This document shows positions 1-10,583 of a DNA stretch of 32,000 nt, piece by piece. The stretch's first letter is position 1, and each line of letters starts with the position of its first letter. Below the pieces are notes generated by a model. It searched no databases. It was given only the letters and a program-made list of their open reading frames with translations, and was not told the DNA's origin. Location of the stretch: contig NC_002939.5 in assembly GCF_000007985.2 (NCBI RefSeq), forward strand, positions 1,860,001 to 1,892,000, in the 5' to 3' direction. The position numbers were made by a program, and so were the translations under genes. The stretch is from Geobacter sulfurreducens PCA (GTDB lineage: Bacteria > Desulfobacterota > Desulfuromonadia > Geobacterales > Geobacteraceae).

Positions 1-486
1 GGCTTGAAGGGTGATAAGTATGGGCTTGACGGCCTTTTCTCAGCGTTCAAAAAAGGGGTGGGGGAACAACTCGACCAGGGCGACACGGAGACTCATTACA
101 ACCTCGGCATCGCTTACAAGGAAATGGGACTGTACGATGATGCCGTCGCCGAGTTCAAGGCAGCGGCGCAGGACCCCCGTCGCCTTGTGGATTGCATCAC
201 GCTTCAGGGGATATGTTACCGGGACAAGGGAGAACCGGCCCGGGCGGAGGAGTTGTTCAATTCGGGGCTGATGCTGTCGGAGCTTTCGCCGGAGGAGTTC
301 CTCTGTCTGACCTATGAATTGGCACTTACCCTCGAGCAAAAGGGAGACGTGGAAAAGGCCCTGACCGAGTATCGCAAGATTGCCGACGTCGACCCAGCTT
401 TCCGTGACACGGCCGGCAAGCTGGAGCATCTGGGCCACGACGGCCTTGCCGATGCGGATCTTGTTGATCTTGAGGAAACGCCGTAA
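1..486 (+). CDS. TPR-repeat protein, C-terminal part (5' end lies outside the window)
   Basis: The frame is open from the window edge to the TAA at 484-486. The translation shows TPR-like helix pairs (YNLGIAYKEMGLYDDAVAEFKAA; GICYRDKGEPARAEELF; ELALTLEQKGDVEKALTEYRKI). Confidence 0.7.
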   Translation, partial: GLKGDKYGLDGLFSAFKKGVGEQLDQGDTETHYNLGIAYKEMGLYDDAVAEFKAAAQDPRRLVDCITLQGICYRDKGEPARAEELFNSGLMLSELSPEEFLCLTYELALTLEQKGDVEKALTEYRKIADVDPAFRDTAGKLEHLGHDGLADADLVDLEETP

Positions 487-492
487 CGCCTT

Positions 493-1206
493 TTACGAAA
501 AGAGCAGTCCCCGGGGCGCCACAAGTCGGACCGGGGCCAAAAACAACTCGCTGGTATAGCTGTCAGGCAGGGGGGGCAAGGGGTTAGCCGCTTGAATCGC
601 CTGGAGAATCAACCGGTCATAGGCCGGACTTCCCGTACTCTTCACCAGCTGCACGTCAACCATCTCGCCGCTTTTCTTCATCACAATGGTGAACATCGCC
701 TCCGAACGACCCAGATCCATTCCAGACGCGTTCGCAACCGTCCACCACCGCTCGTTTATGGTTTCCAGCAGCGTAAAGTAATATTCGCGGACATCGCTTC
801 TCAGGGATTCGCCTTCGGCTATGCCGCGGAAAAAGCCGCGGGACATGCCCAGCGAAAGAGGCGAGGGGGGCGCCGAAACCACCGGCGGGGGAGGCGGCTC
901 AACCGCCTGGGGGGGCGGAAGAACTTCTTCGGCAGGTGGTTGCTCGTTTTCCACCGGCAAACTCATGTCGCTCGCAACAGCAGGTTCAGGTACGGGTGCC
1001 GGCTTGCTGTCGGGCGGTGATGGCGCAACGGGGCGAATTTCACTGCCGGACAGATCCACGGAAACGACCTGCATCCCTTCAACGCCGGCCACATGGCGCG
1101 GCAGGAGTGAGGTTACGGAATAGAGTGCTCCGTGCAATGCAATGGAAAGGGCGATGGTCCAGAGCATCGGCGCATCGCTTCGTCTTGTCTGTATCAACTG
1201 GTCCAT
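493..1206 (-). CDS. TonB-family energy transducer-like protein (N-terminal TM anchor, Pro-rich linker, TonB_C-like domain)
   Basis: 237-aa ORF with an N-terminal hydrophobic segment (MLWTIALSIALHGALYSV), a long proline-rich spacer (PPPAPVPEP...PPPPPVVSAPP), and a C-terminal segment typical of TonB C-terminal domains (FTIVMKKSGEMVDVQLVKSTGSPAYDRLILQAI). Confidence 0.75.
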   Translation of the reverse strand: MDQLIQTRRSDAPMLWTIALSIALHGALYSVTSLLPRHVAGVEGMQVVSVDLSGSEIRPVAPSPPDSKPAPVPEPAVASDMSLPVENEQPPAEEVLPPPQAVEPPPPPVVSAPPSPLSLGMSRGFFRGIAEGESLRSDVREYYFTLLETINERWWTVANASGMDLGRSEAMFTIVMKKSGEMVDVQLVKSTGSPAYDRLILQAIQAANPLPPLPDSYTSELFLAPVRLVAPRGLLFS

Positions 1207-1308
1207 GGACTGACTCCCAGGCGGAGTAGGTACGTTACGTGGTCATTCTACCTTTTTCCCCAAGGCCGTGACAACCCGATTTCTTGTTTACCTATCGGAT
1301 TTTGCGAC

Positions 1309-1332
1309 AAAAAAAGGGGGCCGACGGCCCCC
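1309..1332 (-). terminator. Rho-independent terminator downstream of maeB
   Basis: Perfect 7-bp GC stem GGGGGCC (1316-1322) / GGCCCCC (1326-1332) with loop GAC. On the minus strand it is followed by a 7-nt T run (A run 1309-1315 on plus). It lies 26 nt after the maeB stop. Confidence 0.75.
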
Positions 1333-1357
1333 TTTGTCATTTCCATATGTTGGCGCT

Positions 1358-3616
1358 TCAGTTGCTTTGCGCGTCGACAACGGCAATGGCTGCCATGTTG
1401 ACGATATCCATTACGTCATCGCCGCGCTGCAGTACGTGCACCGGCTTCTTCATTCCCATGAGAATCGGGCCGATGGCGTCGGCTCCGCCAAGGCGGGTAA
1501 GGAGCTTGTAGCTGATGTTGCCCGAGTTCAGGTCGGGGAAAATGAGGATGTTTGCTCCGCCTTTGAGTGTGGCAAAGGGATAATGGGACTCCAGAATGTC
1601 AGGCACAACGGCGGTGTCGGCCTGCATCTCGCCGTCGATTATCAGTTCCGGCGCCCGCTGTTTGACGATCTCCGCAGCCCGCTTGACCTTGAGGGCCTGG
1701 GGGTGGTTGACGGAACCAAAGTTGGAAAATGAAAGCATGGCGATACGGGGGTCGAGATCCAGAAGCCGTGCCTTCTCGGCTGCCAGTATGGCGGTTTCGG
1801 CCAGTTCCTCGGCGGTAGGCTCGATGCAGACCGTGGTGTCGGCCAGCAGGAAAATGCCCCGCTTGAAAACCATGAGGTAAAGGCCGTGGACGCTGGAGAG
1901 GCCTTCCTGCTTGCCGATCACTTCAAGGGCAGGGCGGATGATGTCGGGATAATGGGCATCAATGCCAGAAAGCAGAGCATCGGCATCGCCGCAACGGACC
2001 ATCTCGCAGCCGAAATAAGTGCGGCCCCGGCGCCGGATCATGCGGCGGGCCTCGGTCAGGGTGATCCCTTTCCGCTGCCGCTGCTCGAACAGGGCTTGGG
2101 AGTAACGCTCAGTGTCGGGGCTGTCGTCTGGGTCAATGATAGTGACGCCGCCATTAAGATCAAGGTTGAGCTCTTCGATCTTTTTGCGGATTTCCTGCCG
2201 ATTGCCCAGGAGGATCGGATAGGCGATCCCCTCTTCGATCATCACTTGTGCGGCCCGAAGGATCTTTTCATTCTCGCCCTCGGGCAAGACGACCCGCTTG
2301 GGATCGGTCTTCGCCTTGTTGATGATGAGGCGCAGAGTCTCCTTGGCCTTGCCCTGGAGCGTCTCCAGATGCTCCATGTACTTTTCCATGTCGGCAATGG
2401 GCTGGCGGGCGACCCCCGACTCCATGGCCGCCTTGGCAACGGCAGGAGCCACCCTCAGGAGCGCGCGGGGATCAAAGGGCTTAGGAATGATGTACTCGCG
2501 ACCGAAGGCGAATTTCTTATTGCCGTACGCACGACACACCGAGTCCGGGCAGTCCTCTTTGGCCAGTTCGGCCAGAGCGAAGACGCACGCCTTTTTCATG
2601 GTCTCATTGATGGTCGTGGCCCGCACATCGAGTGCGCCGCGGAAGATGAAGGGGAAGCCCAGAACGTTATTCACCTGGTTAGGATAGTCGGAGCGGCCGG
2701 TGGCCATGATGGCGTCGGCCCGGACCGCCGCCACCTCCTCGGGGGTGATTTCGGGATCGGGGTTTGCCATGGCGAAGATGATCGGGTTGGGCGCCATGTC
2801 ACGGATCATTTCGGGGGTGAATGCCCCCTTGCTGGAGAGGCCGTAGGCCACATCGGCATTTTTGAAGGCATCTTCCAGGGTGCGGTCTTCGGTTTCGACG
2901 GCGAAGCGCTCCTTGTACTCGTTCATGCCGGCGCTACGTCCCTTGAAGATGACGCCCTTGGTATCGCAGAGAATGATGTTCTCCTTTTTCGCACCAAGTT
3001 CAACCGCCATCTGGGCGCAGGCGATGCCGGAGGCTCCGGCGCCGTTGACCACGATCTTGATGTCTTCGATCTTCTTGCCGACCAGTTCAAGGGCATTGAT
3101 GAGGGCTGCGCCGGAAATGATGGCGGTGCCATGCTGATCGTCGTGGAAGACCGGAATGTTCATGGTCTCCTTGAGCTTTTCCTCGATATAAAAGCATTCA
3201 GGTGCCTTGATGTCCTCAAGGTTTATGCCGCCGAAGGTCGGTTCCAGCAACTGGCAGACCTTGATTATTTCGTCAGCGTTTTTGGTGTCAACCTCGATGT
3301 CGAAGACATCGATATCGGCAAAACGCTTGAAGAGAACCCCTTTGCCCTCCATGACCGGTTTGCCGGCCAAGGCGCCGATGTCACCGAGACCGAGAACGGC
3401 CGTACCGTTGGACAATACCGCCACCAGATTCCCCTTGGCAGTATATTTATATGCGTCTTCAGGGTTTTTTTCGATTTCAAGACAAGGTTCGGCTACACCG
3501 GGTGAGTAGGCAAGGGAGAGGTCGCGCTGGGTAAGACATGGTTTTGACGGAATTACCTCTATCTTCCCTTTTCGTCCTGTGGAGTGATAATCAAGGGCGT
3601 CCTGCTTTTTGCTCAT
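1358..3616 (-). CDS. maeB: NADP-dependent malic enzyme (malic enzyme domain fused to a phosphotransacetylase-like C-terminal domain)
   Basis: 752-aa ORF. The N-terminal half has the malic-enzyme signature context (ALDYH...[28 protein letters not shown]ossmann motif). The C-terminal ~330 aa is PTA-like, which is the characteristic MaeB architecture. Confidence 0.95.
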   Translation of the reverse strand: MSKKQDALDYHSTGRKGKIEVIPSKPCLTQRDLSLAYSPGVAEPCLEIEKNPEDAYKYTAKGNLVAVLSNGTAVLGLGDIGALAGKPVMEGKGVLFKRFADIDVFDIEVDTKNADEIIKVCQLLEPTFGGINLEDIKAPECFYIEEKLKETMNIPVFHDDQHGTAIISGAALINALELVGKKIEDIKIVVNGAGASGIACAQMAVELGAKKENIILCDTKGVIFKGRSAGMNEYKERFAVETEDRTLEDAFKNADVAYGLSSKGAFTPEMIRDMAPNPIIFAMANPDPEITPEEVAAVRADAIMATGRSDYPNQVNNVLGFPFIFRGALDVRATTINETMKKACVFALAELAKEDCPDSVCRAYGNKKFAFGREYIIPKPFDPRALLRVAPAVAKAAMESGVARQPIADMEKYMEHLETLQGKAKETLRLIINKAKTDPKRVVLPEGENEKILRAAQVMIEEGIAYPILLGNRQEIRKKIEELNLDLNGGVTIIDPDDSPDTERYSQALFEQRQRKGITLTEARRMIRRRGRTYFGCEMVRCGDADALLSGIDAHYPDIIRPALEVIGKQEGLSSVHGLYLMVFKRGIFLLADTTVCIEPTAEELAETAILAAEKARLLDLDPRIAMLSFSNFGSVNHPQALKVKRAAEIVKQRAPELIIDGEMQADTAVVPDILESHYPFATLKGGANILIFPDLNSGNISYKLLTRLGGADAIGPILMGMKKPVHVLQRGDDVMDIVNMAAIAVVDAQSN

Positions 3617-3905
3617 GTGGTGTTCGCTCCTTTCGCGGCCCGCACGTTTTAGTGAAGCTAAAATTTGTTTTGATATGCTGTGACGAGCCCAACACGGTTT
3701 TATCGCCAGCGTTTTTATTGAAATTAAACAACCTTATTCTCAGGTTCAATGCTTTGTCAAGGGATAATTACAGCTACACTAAAAAATCATTCTATTTCTG
3801 TGTGGACACTGAAGGAGCGTGGCGTGCTTGTAATTTAGAGTATTTTCACGGATAATCCCGGGGAAAATCGACCGGGAGCTATGGCTCTTGAAGGGAGGAT
3901 CCGTC

Positions 3906-4394
3906 GTGGAACGTGTCTGGGCGCCTTGGCGCATGGAATACCTCGTGGATGAAAAACCCGCCGGATGCATCTTCTGTCCCGGTAACGGACAGGCCAGCGA
4001 CCGGGAGCGGCTCATCCTCCACAGAACACCGTTATCTCTCGTGATGCTGAATCGCTACCCCTATACCAACGGTCATCTAATGGTGGCTCCTCTGCGTCAT
4101 ACCGCCGACATGGATTCCCTGTCCGACGCGGAAATGCTTGACCTGTTCCGCACGGTCCGGCTCTGCCGCTCCATCCTGCGGGATGCGGCCAGCCCCAATG
4201 GCTACAATATCGGCATCAACCTGGGAAAAGCGGCCGGTGCCGGTGTTGACGACCATCTCCACATCCACGTGGTGCCCCGTTGGAACGGTGACACGAATTT
4301 CATGGGGGTCGTGGCGGATCTACGGGTAGTGCCGGAAGGGCTTCAGGCTGCCTGGGACCGCCTGGCCCCGCTGTTCTCACGGGAGACCCCATGA
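3906..4394 (+). CDS. HIT (histidine triad) family nucleotide hydrolase/transferase
   Basis: Histidine triad DDHLHIHVVPRW and an N-terminal APWRMEY motif. The ORF track starts at TTG 3888. I prefer GTG 3906, which sits 6 nt after the RBS GGGAGGA (3893-3899). The stop overlaps the next gene's start (ATGA at 4391-4394). Confidence 0.85.
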   Translation: MERVWAPWRMEYLVDEKPAGCIFCPGNGQASDRERLILHRTPLSLVMLNRYPYTNGHLMVAPLRHTADMDSLSDAEMLDLFRTVRLCRSILRDAASPNGYNIGINLGKAAGAGVDDHLHIHVVPRWNGDTNFMGVVADLRVVPEGLQAAWDRLAPLFSRETP

Positions 4395-5347
4395 TCCGCC
4401 CGGCGTTCATCGGCATGGATATCGGTGGGACCAATCTGCGGATGGGACTCGTCGACGAGGCGGGAACGATCCTTTTCCGCTTCAGGCAGAAAACCGATAT
4501 TCATGAGGGGAGAGCCGCCTTTTACGAAAAGCTCGCCGAGGGGATAGGCATTCTCAAAGAGCACGCAGAGCAGGCGGGATTCCGCATCGTGGCAGTTGGT
4601 GCCGGCGTTCCGGGGCTTGTGGCAAATGACGGACATATCCACGTATCGGTGAATCTTCCGGCCATTGACAGCATCAACCTCCGCCATGACCTGGAACGCA
4701 TCAGTGGTCTGCCGGCGACGGTGGCCAACGATGTCAACGCCACCGCGTACGGCGAGAAATCCTTCGGTGCCGGACGCGAGTTCGACTCGTTCCTGATGGT
4801 TACACTCGGCACCGGCGTCGGAGGAGGGCTCATCCTGAACGGGCGGCTGTGGACCGGAATCGACGGCGTAGCCGGCGAGTTCGGTCATGTGACGGTCGAG
4901 CCCCAGGGGACGTCCTGTCCCTGCGGCAACCGGGGTTGTCTTGAGCAATATGCCTCTGCCACGGCCATAGCCTCAGCCGCGCGAGAGGCCATGATGACGG
5001 GGCGATACGTACCGGCTGACGGGTCTGCGATACCTCTCACTACCCAGGATCTGGCCCGTCTCGCCCGGGAAGGGGATGGTGCGGCGGCGACATTTTTCGC
5101 CGAGGCGGGACGTTATCTGGGCATGGCAACGGCATCACTGGCCAACGTACTCAATCTGGAAGCACTGATCGTTGGTGGGGGCGTCGCTGCAAGCTTTGAT
5201 CTGATCAGGAGTTCCATAGAGCGAGAGGTTCGTGCCCGAGCTTTCCCGATTCCGGCCCAGCGGCTGGTGGTGGTCCGTGGCGCATTGGGCGACGACGGAG
5301 GACTCCTGGGAAGCGCTGCGCTGGCCCGTGATGAGTTCGACATCTAA
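4391..5347 (+). CDS. glk: ROK-family glucokinase
   Basis: 318 aa with an N-terminal ATP-binding DIGGTN motif and the ROK zinc motif CPCGNRGCLEQY. The ATGA overlap suggests translational coupling to the HIT gene. Confidence 0.85.
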   Translation: MIRPAFIGMDIGGTNLRMGLVDEAGTILFRFRQKTDIHEGRAAFYEKLAEGIGILKEHAEQAGFRIVAVGAGVPGLVANDGHIHVSVNLPAIDSINLRHDLERISGLPATVANDVNATAYGEKSFGAGREFDSFLMVTLGTGVGGGLILNGRLWTGIDGVAGEFGHVTVEPQGTSCPCGNRGCLEQYASATAIASAAREAMMTGRYVPADGSAIPLTTQDLARLAREGDGAAATFFAEAGRYLGMATASLANVLNLEALIVGGGVAASFDLIRSSIEREVRARAFPIPAQRLVVVRGALGDDGGLLGSAALARDEFDI

Positions 5348-5392
5348 GAGAGTAGAGAGTATTTTCATAGTTATCAACGACGGGGAGGAATC

Positions 5393-6484
5393 ATGGCGCG
5401 TAAAGTAGGCATACTGACCGGGGGGGGAGACTGCCCGGGACTCAATGCGGTGATCAGGGGAGTTGTCAAAAGCTCCATCATCCGGCGCGGCTGGGAAGTG
5501 GTCGGCATCAGGGACGGGTTCGACGGCCTGCTCTACAACAACAGAATCGTACCGCTCGGTCTCAATGAAGTACGTGGAATACTCCCCCGCGGCGGAACCA
5601 TCCTCGGTACGTCCAATCGCGGCAATCCCTTCTCATACCCTGTTGAAGCGGATGGCAAAACCGTTTTAACCGATGTGTCCGACGAGGTCGTCGCGAACAT
5701 CAAAAAACAGGGAATCGACGCGCTCGTGGCAGTGGGAGGGGACGGCTCGCTCAAGATCGCGCTTGAGCTCATGAACAAGGGGATTCCCGTTGTGGGCGTG
5801 CCGAAGACCATTGACAACGATCTGATGGAGACCGATGTCACCTTTGGCTACAACACCGCCCTGGAAACCGCAACCGATGCCCTGGACAAGCTTCACTCCA
5901 CGGCCGAGAGTCACCACCGGGTCATGATCATGGAGGTCATGGGGCGCTATGCCGGTTGGATCGCTCTCGAATCGGGCATCAGCGGCGGTGCGGACGTCAT
6001 TCTCATCCCCGAGATTCCCTACGATATCAGTGCCGTCTGCCGCGCGGTCGACGAGCGGCGAAGACGGGGAAGCTCCTTCAGTATCATCGTGGTGGCGGAG
6101 GGGGCGTTCCCGCGCGGCGGCAACCGGGTCGTGCAGAAGCGGGCCGATGAAACGAACACCATCGAGCGGCTTGGGGGGATCGGTCAATACGTGGCCCGGC
6201 AGCTGGGAGACTGCCTCGACATGGATGTTCGCGTCATGGTCCTGGGCCACCTTCAACGGGGCGGTTCACCATCGACCTTTGACCGTTGCCTAGGCAGCCG
6301 CTTCGGCGTTGCCGCAATAGACCTCATTGAACAGGAACAGTATGGACGCATGGTCTGTCTGCGCGGCCGCGACATCAAATCGGTATCCATCGAGCGGGCG
6401 GTGCGGAAGCTGAAACTGGTGAACCCCGGCGGTCAGATGGTGACGGCGGCGGAAGAGCTCGGCATCGTGGTGGGGCGGCGGTGA
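5393..6484 (+). CDS. pfkA: ATP-dependent 6-phosphofructokinase
   Basis: 363 aa with PFK motifs GGDCPGLNAVIRG, GGDGS, PKTIDNDL and MGRYAG. Confidence 0.9.
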   Translation: MARKVGILTGGGDCPGLNAVIRGVVKSSIIRRGWEVVGIRDGFDGLLYNNRIVPLGLNEVRGILPRGGTILGTSNRGNPFSYPVEADGKTVLTDVSDEVVANIKKQGIDALVAVGGDGSLKIALELMNKGIPVVGVPKTIDNDLMETDVTFGYNTALETATDALDKLHSTAESHHRVMIMEVMGRYAGWIALESGISGGADVILIPEIPYDISAVCRAVDERRRRGSSFSIIVVAEGAFPRGGNRVVQKRADETNTIERLGGIGQYVARQLGDCLDMDVRVMVLGHLQRGGSPSTFDRCLGSRFGVAAIDLIEQEQYGRMVCLRGRDIKSVSIERAVRKLKLVNPGGQMVTAAEELGIVVGRR

Positions 6485-6504
6485 GAGTTGACATGGAATG
6501 GCCC

Positions 6505-6529
6505 ACGAGCTAGAGTGCTCTCGTTTTTT
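6505..6529 (+). terminator. Possible intrinsic terminator after pfkA
   Basis: Stem ACGAG (6505-6509) / CTCGT (6520-6524) followed by a T run (6524-6529), 20 nt after the pfkA stop. The stem is short. A sigma-70-like TTGACA-N17-TAGAGT (6487-6515) overlaps it, so the call is ambiguous. Confidence 0.4.
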
Positions 6530-6646
6530 CTTAAGAAATTCTTTCCGCCGCCGATGTTATACATAGTGCATATGAGCCGAACTGCCGGTGTGGCCGGGTC
6601 GGTGCCGCCCGTTGCCGGGTAATGCGCACAATGGAGGGATATCCGC

Positions 6647-8638
6647 ATGGAATCCGGTGCTGTATTCAAAAACAGGAGCAGTCTGTACGGGGTTCTCGGC
6701 TGTGCGTTGGGAATCGGCGCTCCCATCGCGTGGACTTTTATCCGTCTCGTTTTCTTTTCCGACCCCGGTCAGCCCCTTCTTGGGCAGGTATTCTCCGATA
6801 TAACCCGCTCAACCTACCAAGTAGCCCTCTATACATATATGGGCATGGGCACTGCCCTGGTCCTGGCCGTGGTGGGGCACCACATCGGCAAGACGAGCGA
6901 CGAACTCCACAAGCGCGCCGCCGAGTTGAACCTGTTGCATCAGGAAGTTGCATCCCAAAAGGAGATTTTTGAAAACCGCTACCGGATCCTTGACAACAAC
7001 ATCAAGAATTTCCACCAGATCAGCAGCAGGATTCAGAAATCGATCGATGTGGACGAGGTCCTCCGGCTGTGCGCCGAGGGGCTTCACGATGTTCTTGGCT
7101 ACGAGCGGGTAAATATACTCATGGCGGATACTGCGCGGACCTCACTTTCCTTTGTGGCCGCCGTGGGCACCGCCGACTTCAACCCGGCCGGCGTGGTGCT
7201 GCCCCTGGATCAGCGGGGGGGCGTAATCACTAAGTGCTTTACCGACCGCCAGGTCTACATGATCGATGATGTCAGTGCCTATCCGACCGATTTCCGGCTC
7301 CAATCACCCTATGATGCCATCCGGGCCCTGAGATCAAAAAGCTTCGTGATCTGCCCCATTGTCGTCAAGGGAGAGGCCATCGGTGTGTTTGCCGTGGACA
7401 ACCGTTCGAGCCGCCGGTCGCTCAACGATACGGACGTGGACACCATCAAGCTCTTTGCCGACCAGGCTTCGTCGGCGATCGTCCGCATCAATCTGCTCAA
7501 GGCCATTGGAACCCTCACCTCGGAACTGGAGACCACCTTTGCCGATCTGCTCAAGAACCGCGACCATTATTCCCGCTACGTGGTCAATCTGAAGGATGCG
7601 GTCAACTCCGTGGCCGACGGCACCGCCCACATCGCGTCAGCATCAGAGAGCGTTCTCTCGGCGGTGGATGAGACGAGTTCCGCCGTAAGCAACATCTATG
7701 TGGCCATCGAGCAGGTGACGCGGAACATCGACTACCTGTCGGAGTCCATCGACAAGTCGGTGTCTGCCATGGAGGAGCTGAACTCTTCCATCAAGAACGT
7801 TGAGCAGAGCGCCGCCATCTCGCACCAGGTATCGAGTACGGTCAAGGAAAAGGCCGACAGCGGCCGGGCCGTGGTGGATGAAACCATCCAGGCCCTGGAC
7901 GAGATCCAGCGTTCGGTTGACCAGTCCTTCGAGGCCATGAAACGCCTTTCCGAGAACAGCGGCAAGATCGAGAGCATTGTCGGCGTGATCAACGACATCA
8001 CCAAGCGAACCAACCTCCTGGCGCTGAACGCGTCCATCATTGCGGCCCAGGCGGGAGAGTACGGCAAGAGCTTCGGCGTCGTGGCCGACGAGATCCGCAA
8101 CCTGTCGCTCCAGACCGGCCAGTCCACCGGCGAGATAACCGGCATTATCGAGGAGATCATGCGGGAATCCCGCTCAGCGGCCCAGAACATAACCGCCTCC
8201 AAGGATCTGGTCCAGCGAGGGGTTGAACTGGGCGGCATCATGGGTCAGTCGCTCCAGGTCATTCACGAGAGCTCCACCCGCTCCATGGACATGACCCATG
8301 AGATCAAGACCGCGACCGAGGAGCAGGCGCGCAGCGTCCAGCTGGTCACCAACTCCATCGAGAACGTGAGCAGCATGAGCACGCAGATCTACAAGGCCTC
8401 AAAGGAGCAATCCGACGCCGCCATGAGCATTGTCCGCTCCGTTGACACCATCAAGGAGATGGCCCAGGAGATGGTAAGGGCAACCGTCAAACAAGTCGAG
8501 GACGGATCGGAAATCAAGAAGTCGGTGGAAGCGGTGGGCGAGATGGTAACGCGGATCTTCGAGGATATGGAAGTTCGGCGCGAGGAGAGCGGTGAGGTGG
8601 TAAAAGAGCTCGAACTGATGAAGAAGATAGCCAGCTGA
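6647..8638 (+). CDS. Methyl-accepting chemotaxis protein with two N-terminal TM segments and a cytoplasmic GAF domain
   Basis: 663 aa with the MCP signalling hairpin core ([34 protein letters not shown]) and heptad-rich flanks. A GAF-like block spans residues ~130-290 ([13 protein letters not shown]...[19 protein letters not shown]). RBS GGAGGG lies 8 nt upstream. Confidence 0.9.
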   Translation: MESGAVFKNRSSLYGVLGCALGIGAPIAWTFIRLVFFSDPGQPLLGQVFSDITRSTYQVALYTYMGMGTALVLAVVGHHIGKTSDELHKRAAELNLLHQEVASQKEIFENRYRILDNNIKNFHQISSRIQKSIDVDEVLRLCAEGLHDVLGYERVNILMADTARTSLSFVAAVGTADFNPAGVVLPLDQRGGVITKCFTDRQVYMIDDVSAYPTDFRLQSPYDAIRALRSKSFVICPIVVKGEAIGVFAVDNRSSRRSLNDTDVDTIKLFADQASSAIVRINLLKAIGTLTSELETTFADLLKNRDHYSRYVVNLKDAVNSVADGTAHIASASESVLSAVDETSSAVSNIYVAIEQVTRNIDYLSESIDKSVSAMEELNSSIKNVEQSAAISHQVSSTVKEKADSGRAVVDETIQALDEIQRSVDQSFEAMKRLSENSGKIESIVGVINDITKRTNLLALNASIIAAQAGEYGKSFGVVADEIRNLSLQTGQSTGEITGIIEEIMRESRSAAQNITASKDLVQRGVELGGIMGQSLQVIHESSTRSMDMTHEIKTATEEQARSVQLVTNSIENVSSMSTQIYKASKEQSDAAMSIVRSVDTIKEMAQEMVRATVKQVEDGSEIKKSVEAVGEMVTRIFEDMEVRREESGEVVKELELMKKIAS

Positions 8639-8695
8639 TTTAAATTAGTTCTGGACAAAACCACGATATTTGTGGTATTCATGCACGTATTCTAA

Positions 8696-8735
8696 TGACG
8701 GCCCGCAACCCAGGTGGAGCCGTCATCCTTTTTTT
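8696..8735 (+). terminator. Rho-independent terminator after the MCP gene
   Basis: Stem TGACGGC (8696-8702) / GCCGTCA (8719-8725), extendable inward, followed by TCCTTTTTTT (8726-8735). Confidence 0.65.
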
Positions 8736-8883
8736 CGGATATACTGCCTGGATTCACGACTGAACCGGGACGGAAGGCAATAGCCGCACCGACGAGGATA
8801 GGATGAGCTTTCCCTTCCATGGTCGTTTTCGTGCGCCTCCGGACCCCGGTGGCGCATTTGTTATTTGACAGGGGACAACCACG

Positions 8884-9687
8884 GTGAACCGCGCGAAAAC
8901 CATCCTCGATATCCAGAAAATGAAGGCGACGGGCGAGAAGATAACCGTCCTTACCAGCTACGACTATCCCTTTACCCGCATTATGGATGAATGCGGCATC
9001 GACATGATTCTGGTCGGAGACTCGGTCGGTGTTGTCTTTGCCGGTCACGACAACACCCTGCCGGTTACCGTGGACGATATGCTCTATCACACCCGCGCCG
9101 TTACCCGGGCCAGACCAAAGGCTCTGGTGGTTACGGACATGCCGTTTCTTTCCTACCAGACCGATTTGCGCGATGCCCGCATCAACGCCGGACGCCTGGT
9201 CAAGGAGGGTGGAGCCGAAGCGGTGAAGCTGGAGGGGGGAGCCCACGTGACGGACACCATCAGGGCCATCGTCGATATGGACATCCCGGTCATGGCCCAC
9301 ATCGGACTTACCCCCCAATCGATCCACCGGATGGGGGGCTACAAGGTGCAGGGCAAAAAGGACGAGCAGGCTCAGCGGTTGCTGGAGGATGCCCTCGCGG
9401 TCCAGGAGGCGGGAGCCTTTGCCGTGGTCCTGGAAGGGATTCCGCTCAAGCTTGCCGGCCGCATCACCGCAGAACTCTCCATTCCCACCATTGGCATCGG
9501 TGCCGGTCCCCACTGCGACGGCCAGGTTCTCGTTATCCACGACATCCTCGGCCTGTGCGAGAAGTACTCTCCCAAATTCGTCAAGCGCTACGGCGATGCT
9601 CGTACGCTCATTTCCGACGCGGTAGCGTCCTACATCTCAGAAGTCAAGAAAGGAGAATTCCCCACCGAGGGGCATTCGTTCAGCTGA
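8884..9687 (+). CDS. panB: 3-methyl-2-oxobutanoate hydroxymethyltransferase (ketopantoate hydroxymethyltransferase)
   Basis: 267 aa with a GTG start. The sequence is typical of PanB ([48 protein letters not shown]). Confidence 0.95.
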   Translation: MNRAKTILDIQKMKATGEKITVLTSYDYPFTRIMDECGIDMILVGDSVGVVFAGHDNTLPVTVDDMLYHTRAVTRARPKALVVTDMPFLSYQTDLRDARINAGRLVKEGGAEAVKLEGGAHVTDTIRAIVDMDIPVMAHIGLTPQSIHRMGGYKVQGKKDEQAQRLLEDALAVQEAGAFAVVLEGIPLKLAGRITAELSIPTIGIGAGPHCDGQVLVIHDILGLCEKYSPKFVKRYGDARTLISDAVASYISEVKKGEFPTEGHSFS

Positions 9688-9688
9688 C

Positions 9689-10540
9689 ATGCGCATCATA
9701 GATTCTGTTGCCGACATGCAGGCATTTTCCCGCGATGCCAGGCGTTCGGGGAAAACCATTGCCTTGGTCCCCACCATGGGCTATCTCCACGACGGACACG
9801 CCTCGCTCATGCGCGAGGGGCGCACCCGGGCGGACATCCTGGTGGTGAGCATTTTTGTCAACCCGACCCAGTTCGGCCCCAACGAGGATTTCACCACGTA
9901 CCCACGCGACCTGGAGCGAGACCTGCAGGTTGCCGAAGCAGCCGGGGCGGACGTGATCTTCGCCCCCCGGGCCGATGACATGTATCCTGCCGGATTCCAG
10001 ACCTATGTCGATGTGGAAAAGGTGACGCTTCCTCTCTGCGGAGCGAGCCGGCCTGGACATTTCCGCGGAGTAACCACCGTTGTGGCCAAGCTCTTCAATA
10101 TCGTCATGCCCCACACGGCGTTTTTCGGCAAGAAGGACTTCCAGCAACTGGCCGTAATCCGTCGGATGGTTGCGGATCTGAACATGGATCTGAGCATCGT
10201 GGGCATGCCCATTATCCGCGAGCCGGACGGATTGGCAATGAGCTCCCGCAACGCCTACCTGGGGCCGCAGGAGCGCACTAACGCCCTCTGCCTCAATCGG
10301 TCCCTTGCCGCCGCACGAACCCTGTTCACCGATGGTGAGCGAAGCGTCGCACGCCTGCGCGACACGGTGTTGCGGATACTTACCGAAGTGCCCGGCGCCG
10401 CCATCGACTATGCTGATTTCCGTGACAGCGAAACACTTGAGCCGGTGGAAGCGGCCAATGAAAAGACTCTCCTCGCCCTGGCCGTCAAGATAGGAACAAC
10501 GAGGCTGATCGACAACTGCGTCCTGGGTGAGGAGCAGTAG
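9689..10540 (+). CDS. panC: Pantoate--beta-alanine ligase (pantothenate synthetase)
   Basis: 283 aa with PanC motifs [25 protein letters not shown] and [12 protein letters not shown]. It starts 1 nt after the panB stop. Confidence 0.95.
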   Translation: MRIIDSVADMQAFSRDARRSGKTIALVPTMGYLHDGHASLMREGRTRADILVVSIFVNPTQFGPNEDFTTYPRDLERDLQVAEAAGADVIFAPRADDMYPAGFQTYVDVEKVTLPLCGASRPGHFRGVTTVVAKLFNIVMPHTAFFGKKDFQQLAVIRRMVADLNMDLSIVGMPIIREPDGLAMSSRNAYLGPQERTNALCLNRSLAAARTLFTDGERSVARLRDTVLRILTEVPGAAIDYADFRDSETLEPVEAANEKTLLALAVKIGTTRLIDNCVLGEEQ

Positions 10541-10583
10541 TTGTCTGTGCCCGCGGGCAGCCTGACGACTGCCTGCCCAGAGG

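Noticed and set aside
1886-3505. 539-aa plus-strand ORF, plus similar long ORFs at 8692-9540(-), 9680-10597(-), 21057-22055(-), 22395-23459(-), 24482-25420(-), 25966-26676(+), 27983-28552(-), 28930-29607(-) and 30102-30812(-)
   Set aside because: Each lies antisense to, or out of frame within, a gene with clear family motifs. The translations are Arg/Gly/Ala/Pro-rich and low-complexity, as is typical of stop-poor alternative frames in high-GC DNA.
6487-6515. Sigma-70-like promoter TTGACA-N17-TAGAGT between pfkA and the MCP gene
   Set aside because: It overlaps the putative pfkA terminator hairpin and the -10 is only 4/6. I cannot decide between the two readings from sequence alone.
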